64,000 nt of DNA from Phoronis australis (taxonomy: Eukaryota > Animalia > Phoronida). Shown one piece after another: positions 49,418 through 61,431 of the stretch (position 1 is the first letter of the stretch; each line of letters starts with the position of its first letter). Location of the stretch: assembly GCA_002633005.1 (NCBI GenBank), contig NMRA01000262.1, positions 161,208 to 225,207 on the forward strand, given 5' to 3'. A program made the position numbers and the translations under genes. The notes below the pieces were generated by a model. The model had not been told where the DNA came from. It was given only the letters and a program-made list of their open reading frames with translations, and did no database searches.

Positions 49418-50072
49418 CTAGAGGCCAAGCTAGTGAACATGTAGGAATACAACACTTTGATCAGTGTTAGGCATAATTCGTTGAAAAGCTTCCAGCTTTC
49501 ACTGTCTCTAATCGGACCAGTTAGAGATGGTGGTCACTGTCTACTGAAGAGAGTGCCTGTTTATACCGTCGGAGGTCCTTAAGTCGTGAGTGCCCTAAAG
49601 TCGTGATATTCACAACATGATAATAAACAGTGAGTGAGTGGCTTCTTTTTTCAAATGTATCTTAAAAACACCATATTTCACTAATCCACTTTTTGTGCAT
49701 TTTCAGAATATATTTTTGAAAATATACATCGTTCAGATTTGCTCAAACACGCGCTCCAGGGGTAGCTTGAACAATGTATCAAAATGTCCCAGGGTTGATC
49801 AACTTTTGTAACGCCAAAGCAATAAAATACAGAGAGATAATTGAAACTGGGTTCTTAACCTTTTACGTAAACATCCTCATTGAAAACGTCTGTGCACATC
49901 GGAATTGGGTGCAGAACACCCAATATTATATTATAGTTTATTTCACTGGAGTCTACTTGCAAAACGTCAATGAGTAGTGACTGAGACACCCTAGAATAGA
50001 TAGACAGCTAATGGAAAACAAATTGAAAGTGCACACCAACATGTGATATTTAACTAAATCCTGTGTCAGTAC

Positions 50073-50153
50073 CTGGTACAAAATCACCGTATTGGAATCC
50101 TTGCCTTGGGCAATTTTGCAGAAAATGCAACCATTTTTTTGCTGAAGATCCAT
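50073..50153 (-). CDS. HINT3: HINT3 exon 1 (MDLQQKNGCIFCKIAQGKDSNTVILYQ)
   Basis: CIFCKI HIT-family N-terminus, CAG|GTACTG donor, phase 0; spliced product is 152 aa. Confidence 0.95.
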
Positions 50154-50160
50154 CTGAACA

Positions 50161-50452
50161 ACTTCCGCGTTTTACACATTTGAACGCTTGGTGTCGCTAA
50201 ATTATTATAATCTCTACAGAAAAGTTGAACATGTAATGCATGATTCATAATGATAATATTAAAAAAAATAGGGACAAAATGTTCACCTAAATATTTTTAA
50301 AATATCTCTGTATGAATTTAATGTTTCGTAACTTGGTGTAAATGAATATAAGCACTACATTTATAGCCTCTAAACAGCGGTTAGTCGCCATATTTCTTTG
50401 GTAAGAGCAGTCGATTGTTAACCTTAGCTTGTTTACTGAATTACTTCTTTTT
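50161..50452. promoter_or_regulatory. candidate bidirectional promoter (HINT3 / divergent + strand gene)
   Basis: ETS-type GCGGAAGT (-, 50161-50168), YY1-like CGCCAT (~50386), TCT/5'TOP motif TTCTTTTT (50445-50452). Confidence 0.5.
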
Positions 50453-50559
50453 GTGCAGTGCAACCATCGACTACTATTTCTGTGTTAATGGGTAAGTTTC
50501 TCTTACCTTTACATACTCTAATTTTCTCTTCGCTCATTGCCTTGAAATTCATTTGGGGC

Positions 50560-50721
50560 GCCCGTATCACCTGTTCCTATCTGGCTGTTGGCTGTTGTTC
50601 GTGCCAGACATCACGCTGTGAGAGCTGGGGACCATGAATCTGGTAGCTATTGTTGTGTTTTCAGATGCTGCCATAAATTTTAAGACTGTTTTCTCGTCCC
50701 AGCTGCGACAGAAGCACAAAA
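50560..50721 (+). ncRNA. candidate intronic H/ACA-type RNA 1
   Basis: TCTGGC/GCCAGA hairpin, H box ACATCA (50608-50613), long hairpin AGCTGGGG/TCCCAGCT with TGGTAGC/GCTGCCA, ACA at 50716-50718. Confidence 0.35.
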
Positions 50722-51550
50722 ATTTCTTAAACTCTAGACAGTGCCATCATCTCTACTGAGCAGTAGAGACCGTTGTATTTCCATATTTAAAGGATCCTGC
50801 CCACTTGCCGGCTGTCAAGGAATCTCTCAATGAAAGGTGACTGAATGATAGTCAATGTCTTTAATTCCTTCCAACTTGAATAAATATTCCTGTTGTCATT
50901 TTTATTTGAGCTGAATGACTGCTCTAAAAAGTTTGGTTTGATTACGAGACTATTTGTTCGATTTGGAAAGAAATAGAGACACTGACAGCCTCCTAAGGTT
51001 TTCTCTCTGCGTGTAAACCTCTGGGCGGCCCGCCACTCTCCTTTTTGGCCCCACCACTCGTAAATCATGCCCAAATTGACAGCTACACACCTAATCGCGA
51101 TGGGGAAAACTTCAATGCCATGCAAATATTGCTGATAAAATTATCGCTAGTAAAATGATTGCTAATAAAAATGACTGCTACTAAAAATGATCACTAGTAA
51201 CAATGAGTAAGCACAAGTTACACGACACTTTTTGCCATTTGTGGACCGAACAGGAAAAACAATAATTTTATAATGGGATCTTGAATTGTGCTCCCGTTTA
51301 ACACAATCATTTAACCTCCTTTTGTACCTCGTCTCTGCCTGGTTCTCCGACAATGCACAGAAACTGAATACAACGTGGTACCAGGCAAAGACCTCGATAC
51401 GAATTTTTCTAAAATGAGAAAGCGCCAGTGGAGTGGATTGAGAAATGGTAAGCTTTCTTTTTTATTATTTTATTGTGTCCGAGTTTACAAAAGATATTGT
51501 AGAGCAATGTGAACTATATTGCAATGCGTGACATTCAAAGGTTTAATCAA

Positions 51551-51684
51551 CCATGTCCCTGCGCCAAAATGTTAATATTGAATGGAAACCAGTCTCAGAT
51601 TTGTCTGCATGGACTGGAGTACATCGTCTGCTATGCCGGCCAACGCCGATCCACTGTAACTGATTTATGTTGAGCAAGACAATA
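51551..51684 (+). ncRNA. candidate intronic H/ACA-type RNA 2
   Basis: ~134 nt: hairpin CCATGTCC/GGACTGG, non-canonical hinge AGTACA, hairpin GTCTGCT..CAACG/TGTTG..AGCAAGAC, ACA at 51679-51681. Confidence 0.35.
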
Positions 51685-52527
51685 CCAACGGAAGTTTCGT
51701 TATACGAATTAGTTTATTACGTCTTAAAAGTTCAAATATTTTTTGTTCTACGTTCGTCACATCATAGATAACTGAATTTAACATGGTTTTTATTTTTCAG
51801 ACCAACTGTAGCAGAAGAGGACACCAATATATGTTAAAATACTAAAACGTGGTTTAGTATCGACACTGGCCACAGTATTTAGGGCGGCTGCATTTTTGGT
51901 ATTGTAAAGTTTGTATAAAAATGTCATAGCGAAGCTGTATACATTATTCCAAGTTTATTGATCTGATATGGAAAGTTTTCAAAACTTGCTCAATTTCATT
52001 TACTAACCTTGAAACTAATCACATGAAAATTGCATTTGAGATAGGGGATACTTACCTGGAAACTTGTTTTGTTTCTTGGACTATAAAGTTTGATGAATTA
52101 TTTTTATTGTACACTGTTGTCGTGGGTCAGCTGAGCTTATTATTAGGATTTCTTTTATTTTTTTTTAGTTCAGAGCTCGGTACGAAATTATGTGACCCCT
52201 TCCTTTCATTTTATTTCAAAGTTTCGTTTTCATGCAGATGGGTTAAAATGGTGATGATACTTTCTGAACTTCAGAAACAGGCGTTACTGAATAATTTATT
52301 TAAGAGATATTATGTATATCACTACAAGGTAACATCATATTGTTTAAAATGTTTTTGTTATGAAGGGGATATTTTCTCTCTGTCAACCAACCAGATTCTT
52401 TGACAATGGTCACATGATTAGCAGCCTCAAGTATGACACCAGGTGAGGTACTCAACTGCCTCTACATCTGTGTCTATTTTGTGGCTTCATGGTCTGTAAT
52501 TTGGAGCTGATTTGACATCACCTGAGT

Positions 52528-52660
52528 TGTAACATGCCTATGTAACATGCCTATGTAACATGCCTATGTAACATGCCTATGTAACATGCCTATGTAACAT
52601 GCCTATGTAACATGCCTATGTAACATGCCTATGTAACATGCCTATGTAACATGCCTATGT
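52528..52660. repeat. 13-bp minisatellite running into an assembly gap
   Basis: (TGTAACATGCCTA)n, ~10 copies before the N run. Confidence 0.95.
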
Positions 52661-52829
52661 NNNNNNNNNNNNNNNNNNNNNNNNNNNNNNNNNNNNNNNN
52701 NNNNNNNNNNNNNNNNNNNNNNNNNNNNNNNNNNNNNNNNNNNNNNNNNNNNNNNNNNNNNNNNNNNNNNNNNNNNNNNNNNNNNNNNNNNNNNNNNNNN
52801 NNNNNNNNNNNNNNNNNNNNNNNNNNNNN
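52661..52829. other. assembly gap
   Basis: Run of N. Confidence 1.
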
Positions 52830-53380
52830 TTTTTTTGCGCCCATGGCTGTATCTCCCAAACCGTTTGCAGGATCTTTACTAAATTTAGCTAGTGTATTTA
52901 TGTGATGTTGACAACGGACGATGACGACTTTAGGATGATTCTGACTACCGGTATTCCTCTAGTGGCAATTTTAGTATTTGCCTCTAGTGGCAATTTTAGT
53001 ATTTTACATTGACCTCTGTATTTTCTTCAGGTGTGTACTTTGTGTTACTTCGTGACTATGAAGGAAACGTTCCAAGTAGAAATTTGTTTCTGGCATTCTA
53101 ATGCTGTGCTAATCTCGTATGTTGGTAAATTTGTTTTTAATTCTATGTTTCTGTGGTGCTTTAAGCAACTTGTATATAGGATGTGCTTGTATTATGAAGA
53201 TTACTCACATTTTGCCCCTAGCCTATTGAGACAAGGACCATGCCTTTCCATTTTGCAAAGTACAACATACTACATATATGCCCTCTACTGGCCACTTTAT
53301 GGTACCAATAAACAACCCTAGAAGGATACCGTATGCGGTGCAATTGTGGGCGCATTTCAACGCTCTGCGTTGCTCTTGTT
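52830..53380 (+). mobile_element. HINE family 1, 3' part (copy G)
   Basis: Nearly identical to the 3' end of copy B, incl. GTGGGCGCATTTCAACGCTCTGCGTTGCTCTTGTT. Confidence 0.85.
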
Positions 53381-53714
53381 GTGAATGTTTTTTACCTGGG
53401 TGAGACTCATTAAACTCACAGGTGATTGACTTGTTGTGAAACTCTTGATGCTATCTAGATTCTTTTTGACAAGTCTTTGTATTTCCAAAATTGTAGATTT
53501 TGATTCTGAAAAAGTAAATTTAGTCTGAAATTTGAAAGCCTTTAGAATTTGATGTCTGAATTCTTTACTAATCTTCTGTTAATTTTTCGTAAAAATTATC
53601 AAAAAAGAACAGTACATTGTTGTTGAAACGTTGAGAACAATAAGACGACCAATTTTGTGCGGTAAAAGTGTTCAAGATGAAAACTTAGAAATGCTGTTAC
53701 GTGTTATCATTTCT

Positions 53715-53913
53715 TTTTTGTTATGTGGACGCATTATGCCGTCATCTCTGTCCGTCCGGCCGGCGTCCCGTCTGACGTCCGTTTGCCATCCGCTGCTCTA
53801 TCTCCAAAACGCTTTGACGTACGTTCATGGAATTTTGCACATATGTTCCTATCATGGATGGGACAGCATGAGCGAACTTTCGGACGGATCCGACTTCCAG
53901 TGTGCCCCCTAGT
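53715..53913 (+). mobile_element. HINE family 1, 5' part (copy H), broken by a hAT-like insertion
   Basis: Matches 12620-12807 and stops within GTGCCCCCTAGT. Confidence 0.85.
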
Positions 53914-54115
53914 CAAGGCTTGGAATTTTCCGCGGATACCGGATTTCCGCTTTTTTCTTTTATTCCCTCTGCGTATTTTCGTAATACTTCCGTGGAAAAA
54001 AAATCGGATATGCCATAAAATTATCGCGGCAAATTGGTTTCTCACTGCAGCGTTGCCGACGGCTCGAAAAGCGGAAACTGCTTTTTATGTTTCGGAAGAA
54101 CGAAAATTGTAATTG
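53914..54115 (+). mobile_element. left end of hAT-like element related to 13991-14387
   Basis: CAAGGCTTGGAATTTTCCGCGG...; ~200 bp similar to the 13991 copy; right TIR not located. Confidence 0.7.
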
Positions 54116-56182
54116 TGGAACACAGGCGCTATACTTTCCGATGACTCGTAACCATATACAAGAAACATGCTTTCTTGGTAGCGAGTAGCGAGGCAATCGA
54201 GGAATGGATAAATTGAAGCGTCTGTGTCTGGGATAACGTGGTTCATCATGGTGTCTGCATTTGGTATAAATTCACGGCGACAAAATAGTGCGATTCCTGC
54301 AGTCAAAAATACGTGGAGTAGACAGAATATTTCGTGGAAAAGTGGATAAATGAAACGGTCAATGTCTTCACAAACAACATAAGTCAAGGTTTGTGCTCTG
54401 TAAACTTTGAGAGAGGAACAAGTACGGAGTGCGTGGGCGAGTCGTCTCAGACTAAGTTGGAGTCAGAGGACCGACTGAAAACGATGAAACACTAGAAATA
54501 ACAATGCTTCCTGAAATGAAATTCAACCGTAACTGGTTATTTGTTGGATTAGAATCGTGGGATGCGAGTGATGTATGAAATTCTTTTGTTTGATCCCACA
54601 TGCACGCCCGTTGCCGTTGCCTGCTTGCCGTTGCCTGCTAAGCCCTAAGCCTAAGGCCTGACCGCTGGAGTACGATTTTCTACGTGTCGCCGAAATGGGA
54701 TACTAAGGGCTATTTTCGTTACTGCCAATGTGTTTTGAATTGCCTTTTATGTATTTCAATTTATTTTGACATTTTTTGTGTTCTATTTTGCAGTTTTGGA
54801 GAAGTGATCACGTGCCATTGTTTACAAATTCTGCCAGACTATTTTCAGTATCCTCGCTGATAGTTATTTCTTATATCACATAGTTTCTTCTCCACCAGCG
54901 TGGCTTATGAACAATAAACTCCTGTAATTACTGTTTGGCCAACTTAGGATTGTGATTGATGCATTCTATAAACTATGTTGTTTTTGACTTTCATTTTTCC
55001 ATGCTAACAGTTGGGGTATGAGTCACAGGTTTTCGTCTTGACTTTTTTCCATTTGCGTTGGAATTTTTTGTTGGAATTAAGTGTGTATGTATTTCAGGCT
55101 TTCTAGATAATCTATGGATCGATTTTCATTTTTTGTGTAATTTTGTATCGTAATTATAAGAATTGAAAATAATTCTATTGATCTCCCTTAGTGCAGCAAA
55201 TCAAGAATAAGCTCCTGCCACTCAGACTGCAAATATTTCATCATTATCGTTATTATTTTAATTTTAAAAACATTTTTGTTGCATCTAATCCTTCGCAACT
55301 CCTCAGTCTTGGCAATGTTGACTGGCTCGTGACTGTTATTATCTCGACAAAAATTGTCAGTAAAAGCCAAAGTGAAGGATTGAAAACTTTATTATGAACA
55401 TCAGGGAAAATGCACATTAATTACCAAAAATACGTAGCATTTTGGTGCTACGCCGTGGCACTACAGAAACAGCAAGCACGTACTGAGTAAATATGCAGTG
55501 CCTGTATTAGTGGTTGACATGTATGTAGTATATGGTAGTATATAAGTATATAACTCAGATATAAAACAGCAGATTCATAGGTAACATTTCGCAGTTGGCA
55601 AGTGTGCTTTGTTTAGTCTGTCTTCGGACGTCATAATCACGGTCACCACTAACTACTGACCGGGTTAGGCTGGTGTTGCGTCATCAAAATCACTACCTTT
55701 GAAATGTTAATTTGAACGGTTACAGTGGGACTCCGAATTTCGACTTGTTGCGTGTGTCTGTCATGGCGCTGGCTTGACCATCTGCGATCACTGGCCACAA
55801 AATTCTTGGCTAAACTGTTACAGTTACAGCTCAGTAGGTGTCTTGATCCCCTAAATATTTTAGTAAAACGTTCGTTATGCTTTGAGAGAAGAATTGTTAT
55901 TCATTAGGGATTTTTACTATTATTTTTAACCACATTCGTGCAGTTTTTGTCGACGCTGATGTCAACTCTATGAGGCTCGTAGGATTTGCGTTGACTTCTG
56001 AAACATCTGCGGGCGGTTTACATGTCAGGTGTCCTCGACGTAAATCTTCGCCCCGTTCCCGTTGGAACCTTTTCTGAAGGCTCTTGCCTTTTGTCTTTGT
56101 CATGGGGAGATTCATAGGGAAAATAGTGTTCGCCAAAGTCTGCGTGAATATAAGTTAGCACACCGGTCTTGCTTGACGAAGC

Positions 56183-56280
56183 CATTCTCTGATGTCAGAC
56201 TTCCGCATCACGTGATGTCATAGGCGAAGCGATCTTCTGCTGGCATCTGTGCTTGGTCTTGCAAAGGATTGGGGTAAATA
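56183..56280. promoter_or_regulatory. candidate promoter element cluster
   Basis: GCGGAAGT (-, 56199-56206) abutting the 12-bp palindrome CATCACGTGATG (56206-56217); - strand ATG at 56185 and + strand G|GTAAAT at 56274. Confidence 0.35.
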
Positions 56281-59033
56281 GTCACAGAAATTCACTACAA
56301 GCTCAATAGGTGGCTCTGCTGTATGTACAGCCTAACCTTTTTAATTGACTGTCCACAAAATGAAATCCATCTCTGCTGAACTAATTTATAGAAAGCCTTG
56401 GGTTTAATTTGTAAACATTTTTCTTCAGTTCTGTAAGCTATCAAGGATCTCTTGATTAATTAAAACTTGTGCATAACTCATTGACAAATTTACCTATTCT
56501 TCTTAACTCTTAGTATTTTTAAAATAAAATAGTGAAATACAGATCTTTCCCTTTGTTATTGCTTGGGTATGCATTTATGTAATCTGGACCAATTGTTGGA
56601 CAAGCTTCATTTTGAAGGTACTTTAAACTTAACCAAGTTCGTTCATCATTTCTTACACTTGATTAGCTGACAGTCTCTTTTCACCAATAGTTTGGTGTTG
56701 AACAATTTTCCAACCCATGTCTAATCCAGTTTTAATTGACAGAAGTGTAAAAAATTGCCTCAGGCTTGTCATTAACGCCATTAGTGATGGTTTGTCAGGT
56801 TGTGATCTTAAAGTTTGTCGTCAACTTAGTGTGCTTTATCTACAGGAAATGTCTTGGATCTGCTGGCTAGCGATTCGTTGTCTTATAATTTCCCAAACAT
56901 AAAATTAACAACAGAGAGGATGTAGATTTCATTTTTCTTCAATTATACAGCCTGTGGTTGTCTGATCCCGAATACTTTCGGAATAGTTTTCATTAGATTT
57001 CTTGTGGCTGTTGAGTGTTGTTTTATTACATGCTTTCGATGTATGTTTTTGGGCATTAAGTCGACGGCTGTTTCTTCTTATATCCACTCATACCCATTTG
57101 ATACCTATGTTTGTCGTCTAAGACAATGGAAAAGATCAAACGACGGAGTCTACAGTTCGTATGTAATTTAATGTTATTTATTTTTAGGAAATGAGAAAAT
57201 TCTGAGCCACTAGGCCTTTTAACTCTGGTATGAGCCTTGCGTCCATGTAAATTGCGAAGTTAATTAAACTGTTCATACCAGCTTCGGTAGTTAATGTCAT
57301 CGAAGTAAACGGTAGATGATGCAAGGTATGCACTAAGATTTTTAATAATGTGACAATTTGAGAGCATTTTCATGTGGTTGACATAAAACTTATTTCTAAT
57401 TCAATTGGTGATTATTCAATCAAAATATAAGCAACTATTAGTGACGACACTATCCTTTAATTGTTGACGATAGCAGTAGCCTCTGGCGATAACTTTGATG
57501 ACACTAAAGGTAATCGTTCATACTGCACCACAGCGTCGATGCTCCGCTGTTAAATCCACCGGTGTAGTGCGAAATTAACTGGCACTGTTAACTTTGATCA
57601 AGGACTGAAGGCATCTCCCCGAAACATTGACGTGTCAACATTCAGTAGTACAAAAGGGCCTACAGTTGTACCCATTTGTGAGTATTCCATAAGTGATACA
57701 CAGAAATCTGTTGTGAGATCATTACACTAAAGTGTCACCATCACTCTCATTAACATGGTTTGTTCTCATGTATCTTCCTCTACAGTAGTTTTGTAAAAAT
57801 TACTTATACACACTATAAGTTATTTTTGGGAATTTAACACTTGTATGACTACTATGAACTACTTGTGCTATTCATGATGCCATAGCAGGTTTGGAAGACA
57901 TATTAGTTGCCATATTTGCATACTGAGTTATGAGCTCTGAGTGAACGAAAACTCACATCATTTAATTGTCAGGGGTAGACAGCTCACCTCCTAGCTCTCT
58001 GTCAGCATTTGATTCATGAACTAACACTACATGAAGGTGCATGGGACGTAGCTCTCTGTCTGCGAGGCACTAAGGAATGGGCTCAACTGAACTAATTGCG
58101 TGACTGCCACCAAATCATGCGAGTTGTCCTAAGGTTGTGCTCGTTTTCAACATCATCAATATCAAAAGAGGATTTGTATCAAATTAGAAGAGTATCTTGT
58201 GTCAGTATCCAAGGAGTGCTGGTGTCATCTGGTGTCAGTATCCAAGGAGTGCTGGTGTCCAGTGAACAGTATTTGTATCATTCTTATTTTGAAACACAGG
58301 CACCCAACCTTGACATTGAAACCTGTCTCAATGCTGCCTTACATAGTAACTCCGTACTATTGATCAATGCCTGAGTAATTATGCACACATGTGAGGAACA
58401 AAATCCATTTTCAGTGACAGTTTCAAGGTTTAATCACTAAACTCTGCTGCAAGTATATCCAATTAATCAGAAATCATTTAGTAGTAGTTCAATGGCGAGT
58501 GTCAGTCATTCCCTAATGAAGTGTATACCGGAAAATTTAGAAATGTACATTAGACTCATTTGGAGAAATTTCAGTTTCACTTCCTTGAGGTCCAGGTGGT
58601 TTGGACTTGTCTGACCCCTAGTGGTGATGGCTGATTTTGAGACCAGCAACGAAATGTTGCCAGCAAAACTAATGTGTAGTTTCACCAGATACAGTCAGAT
58701 CTCTTTAACAACTTAACCTGTTTAGAAGACTATTTAACAACCAATTTTTGAGACCCAATTTTACCTAGTGTACAGCAAACCCTCATTAATTTTGGATAAA
58801 TTTAATTGGCAAATTTGCTCTTATCTTATTTTATGTCTTAAACCCTTGTAGGGTGTTGATGACATTTGGTAGATGAGTTCCTATGGAGCTGATGACAAAT
58901 GATGATGACCCAAGTACTAGTATGTTTGCCTCCCTATCTTCAGTGTTTCTTAGCGGGATTTCATAAAATTAAGCTAGTAGGCTTCTATTTGAGATACGAT
59001 GATGCCTTCCCGTTTTCCGATAGGTTTGACTTA

Positions 59034-60429
59034 CCATATTCGCCGTAATAACCGCCCAGGGCGCTTAGAAAAGTTCGGTTCAGGGGGGCGCTTATTATAA
59101 CCCAAGGCGGTTGAAACCCGGTCTCCGAAACGGGTGAAATCGGAAGCTAAGATTCATCAAATTGACGCTCTGTGACGTATATGTAATCTATGAAAGACTT
59201 TCAACTAAACTGTGGTGCATTGCTATCAAACTTTGCTGCTAAATTACGATCATGTTACAGAAAATTGTGCTGAAATCCCAGGGCAAAAACTCGCCGAATG
59301 ACTGCCTCAAAATCGCTGTCTTCGATATGGCGACGTCAATGCTTGAATAAAAATTTTTTCTACTCAAGCAAATTACCTGAAATCCTCATTAAGTTTTATA
59401 AGTAGTGTCTCCAAGATTTTTTAAGTTCCCGCGAAGTCTGGATTAACGGCAGGTTTAAGTTCAAATCTGTGCAACATTGTGCCATCTACATGTATGATTG
59501 GCAACACGGCGTGAAAAATGTCTGGACGAACACACGTTGTTGTCATGTGACGTTTGTTTTGAAGTTCGTTTGCGAATAAGCAAGCGCGTTCGTGTCACAG
59601 AGTTCATTTGCCAAAGCAGAGACCGTCTTTTGGCCAGAGCCACACAATCTAACTAGCTTGATGTGTCTAAAGAAATTTGCACAAGCAGTAGGCTTAAACC
59701 AGAGCGTGTTTCATTCAGCACTTGCCGGTCGTATGCTAAAAACTTTCGACATTTGTCTCGGTAAGGCCATATTAGTTGCTGTGTAGCTGGATGTAACTAT
59801 CTGACAGTTATTTTTCGGTGTAAGGGTGTGTAAGCATTCACTATCAGTTGTCATTTTATCGGATATTCGTCTTAAAAACACCAATTATGGTTAATCAAAC
59901 AATCCACCTCAAAAATAATGCAAACATGCTTTATAGTATCAGAAATTGTCGGAAATTAGTGCCAATATTCATTTCTTATCGATGCTATGCTACCCGTTTC
60001 ATGAATGGATAGTTCCCGACTAATGTCTTTGATGACAGGTTCATGGATGTAGCGCGTGCTTCCTGGCCACGTGCGTTTAACACCGAGTTATTTTTATTCA
60101 TGAGACAGTCGATGTGTCTACTGAAAGGTCAGTGGGACGCGGTCGTCGCGAGAGCGTAGCAACGCTGTTGCGTTCTTTTTGAAGCGCTGCGTTACTTTGA
60201 AGTGTAAAGTCTTGGCTAAATACAAACGTAGCAGTGCCGCTGGTGGTCTAGAAGACCCGTGCAAAAAATTTTTGATAAATTGAAGACGTTACTGTAGGCG
60301 AGTTTTAGGACTGTAGGTACGTCATTGTTCGCATGTACACGTTCATGGACTGGGCGCTTATTTCAGCAAAGTCTGAAAACGTGTGGGGGGCGCTTATAGG
60401 GGCATGGGCAGTTATTACGGCGAATACGG
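59034..60429. mobile_element. Tc1/mariner-type non-autonomous DNA transposon, copy 2 (inverted relative to copy 1)
   Basis: TIRs CCATATTCGCCGTAATAA / TTATTACGGCGAATACGG, TA TSD; inserted in a HINE family 1 remnant (58845-59033, 60430-60510). Confidence 0.88.
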
Positions 60430-60511
60430 TATTCTGTTACCTAGCGGCCTTTTAATGATACTAATAAACACTCCTATAAGCATATCATTTGTTGTGCAGT
60501 TGTGGCTGTGA

Positions 60512-60675
60512 GAGATTCTTATTAATATCCACAATAAATATGGATGGCTATGGAGATTCTTATTAATATCCACAATAAATATGGATGGCTATGGAGATTC
60601 TTATTAATATCCACAATAAATATGGATGGCTATGGAGATTCTTATTAATATCCACAATTTCTATGGATGGCTATG
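60512..60675. repeat. 41-bp minisatellite, ~4 copies
   Basis: GAGATTCTTATTAATATCCACAATAAATATGGATGGCTATG. Confidence 0.92.
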
Positions 60676-61431
60676 CTACATAATGTATTAGTGGTAGTAT
60701 TTGTTGGGCAACTATTATTGTATGTTTTATGAAAAGAAAATTTTACCACACTACATTCAGTGTTGGAAGTGCACAAAAGTATTATAATTGTTGCAATTAT
60801 TATAATTATTAATTATTATAATTATTTTAACTGATAATACATGGGGACATGCAGACTTTGATGTAAGACAAAAACAAGAAGTCTAGAATTTTACTCAAAC
60901 ATGTACACAGTTTGTATCCTTTACTGTGTGGTTGAAGCATAGATAAATTGAGCTGTTACAATATTTGTTTTCAATTCAAAAGGGTATTGTTTATTTAGCT
61001 CTTCCTTNTCTTATTAATATCCACAATAAATATGGATGGCTATGGAGATTCTTATTAATATCCACAATTTCTATGGATGGCTATGCTACAGAATGTATTA
61101 GTGGTAGTATTTGTTGGGCAACTATTATTGTATGTTTTATGAAAAGAAAATTTTACCACACTACATTCAGTGTTGGTGAAATTGTCTAGGAAGTGCACAA
61201 AAGTATTATAATTGTTGCAATTATTATAATTATTAATTATTATAATTATTTTAACTGATAATACATGGGGACATGCAGACTTTGATGTAAGACAAAAACA
61301 AGAAGTCTAGAATTTTACTCAAACATGTACACAGTTTGTATCCTTTACTGTGTGGTTGAAGCATAGATAAATTGAGCTGTTACAATATTTGTTTTCAATT
61401 CAAAAGGGTATTGTTTATTTAGCTCTTCCTT
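60599..61431. repeat. ~410-bp direct duplication across a single N (probable haplotype/contig overlap)
   Basis: 60599-61007 repeated at 61009-61431 with a SNP and a small indel; N at 61008. Confidence 0.85.

Larger units (their letters stand above)
48369..49543. mobile_element. AcademH-like non-autonomous DNA transposon (outer)
   Basis: TIR TAGGCAGTGACCACCGTCTCTAGCTGG / CCAGTTAGAGATGGTGGTCACTGTCTA; 9-bp TSD CTGATGAGA / CTGAAGAGA (8/9). Confidence 0.7.
50447..51960 (+). ncRNA. candidate spliced non-coding (snoRNA-host-like) gene; exons ~50447-50491, 51361-51447, 51801-
   Basis: Donors G|GTAAGT (50492) and G|GTAAGC (51448), acceptors at 51360 and tttttatttttcAG at 51800; only a ~33-aa ORF when spliced; 3' end not defined. 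Confidence 0.45.
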
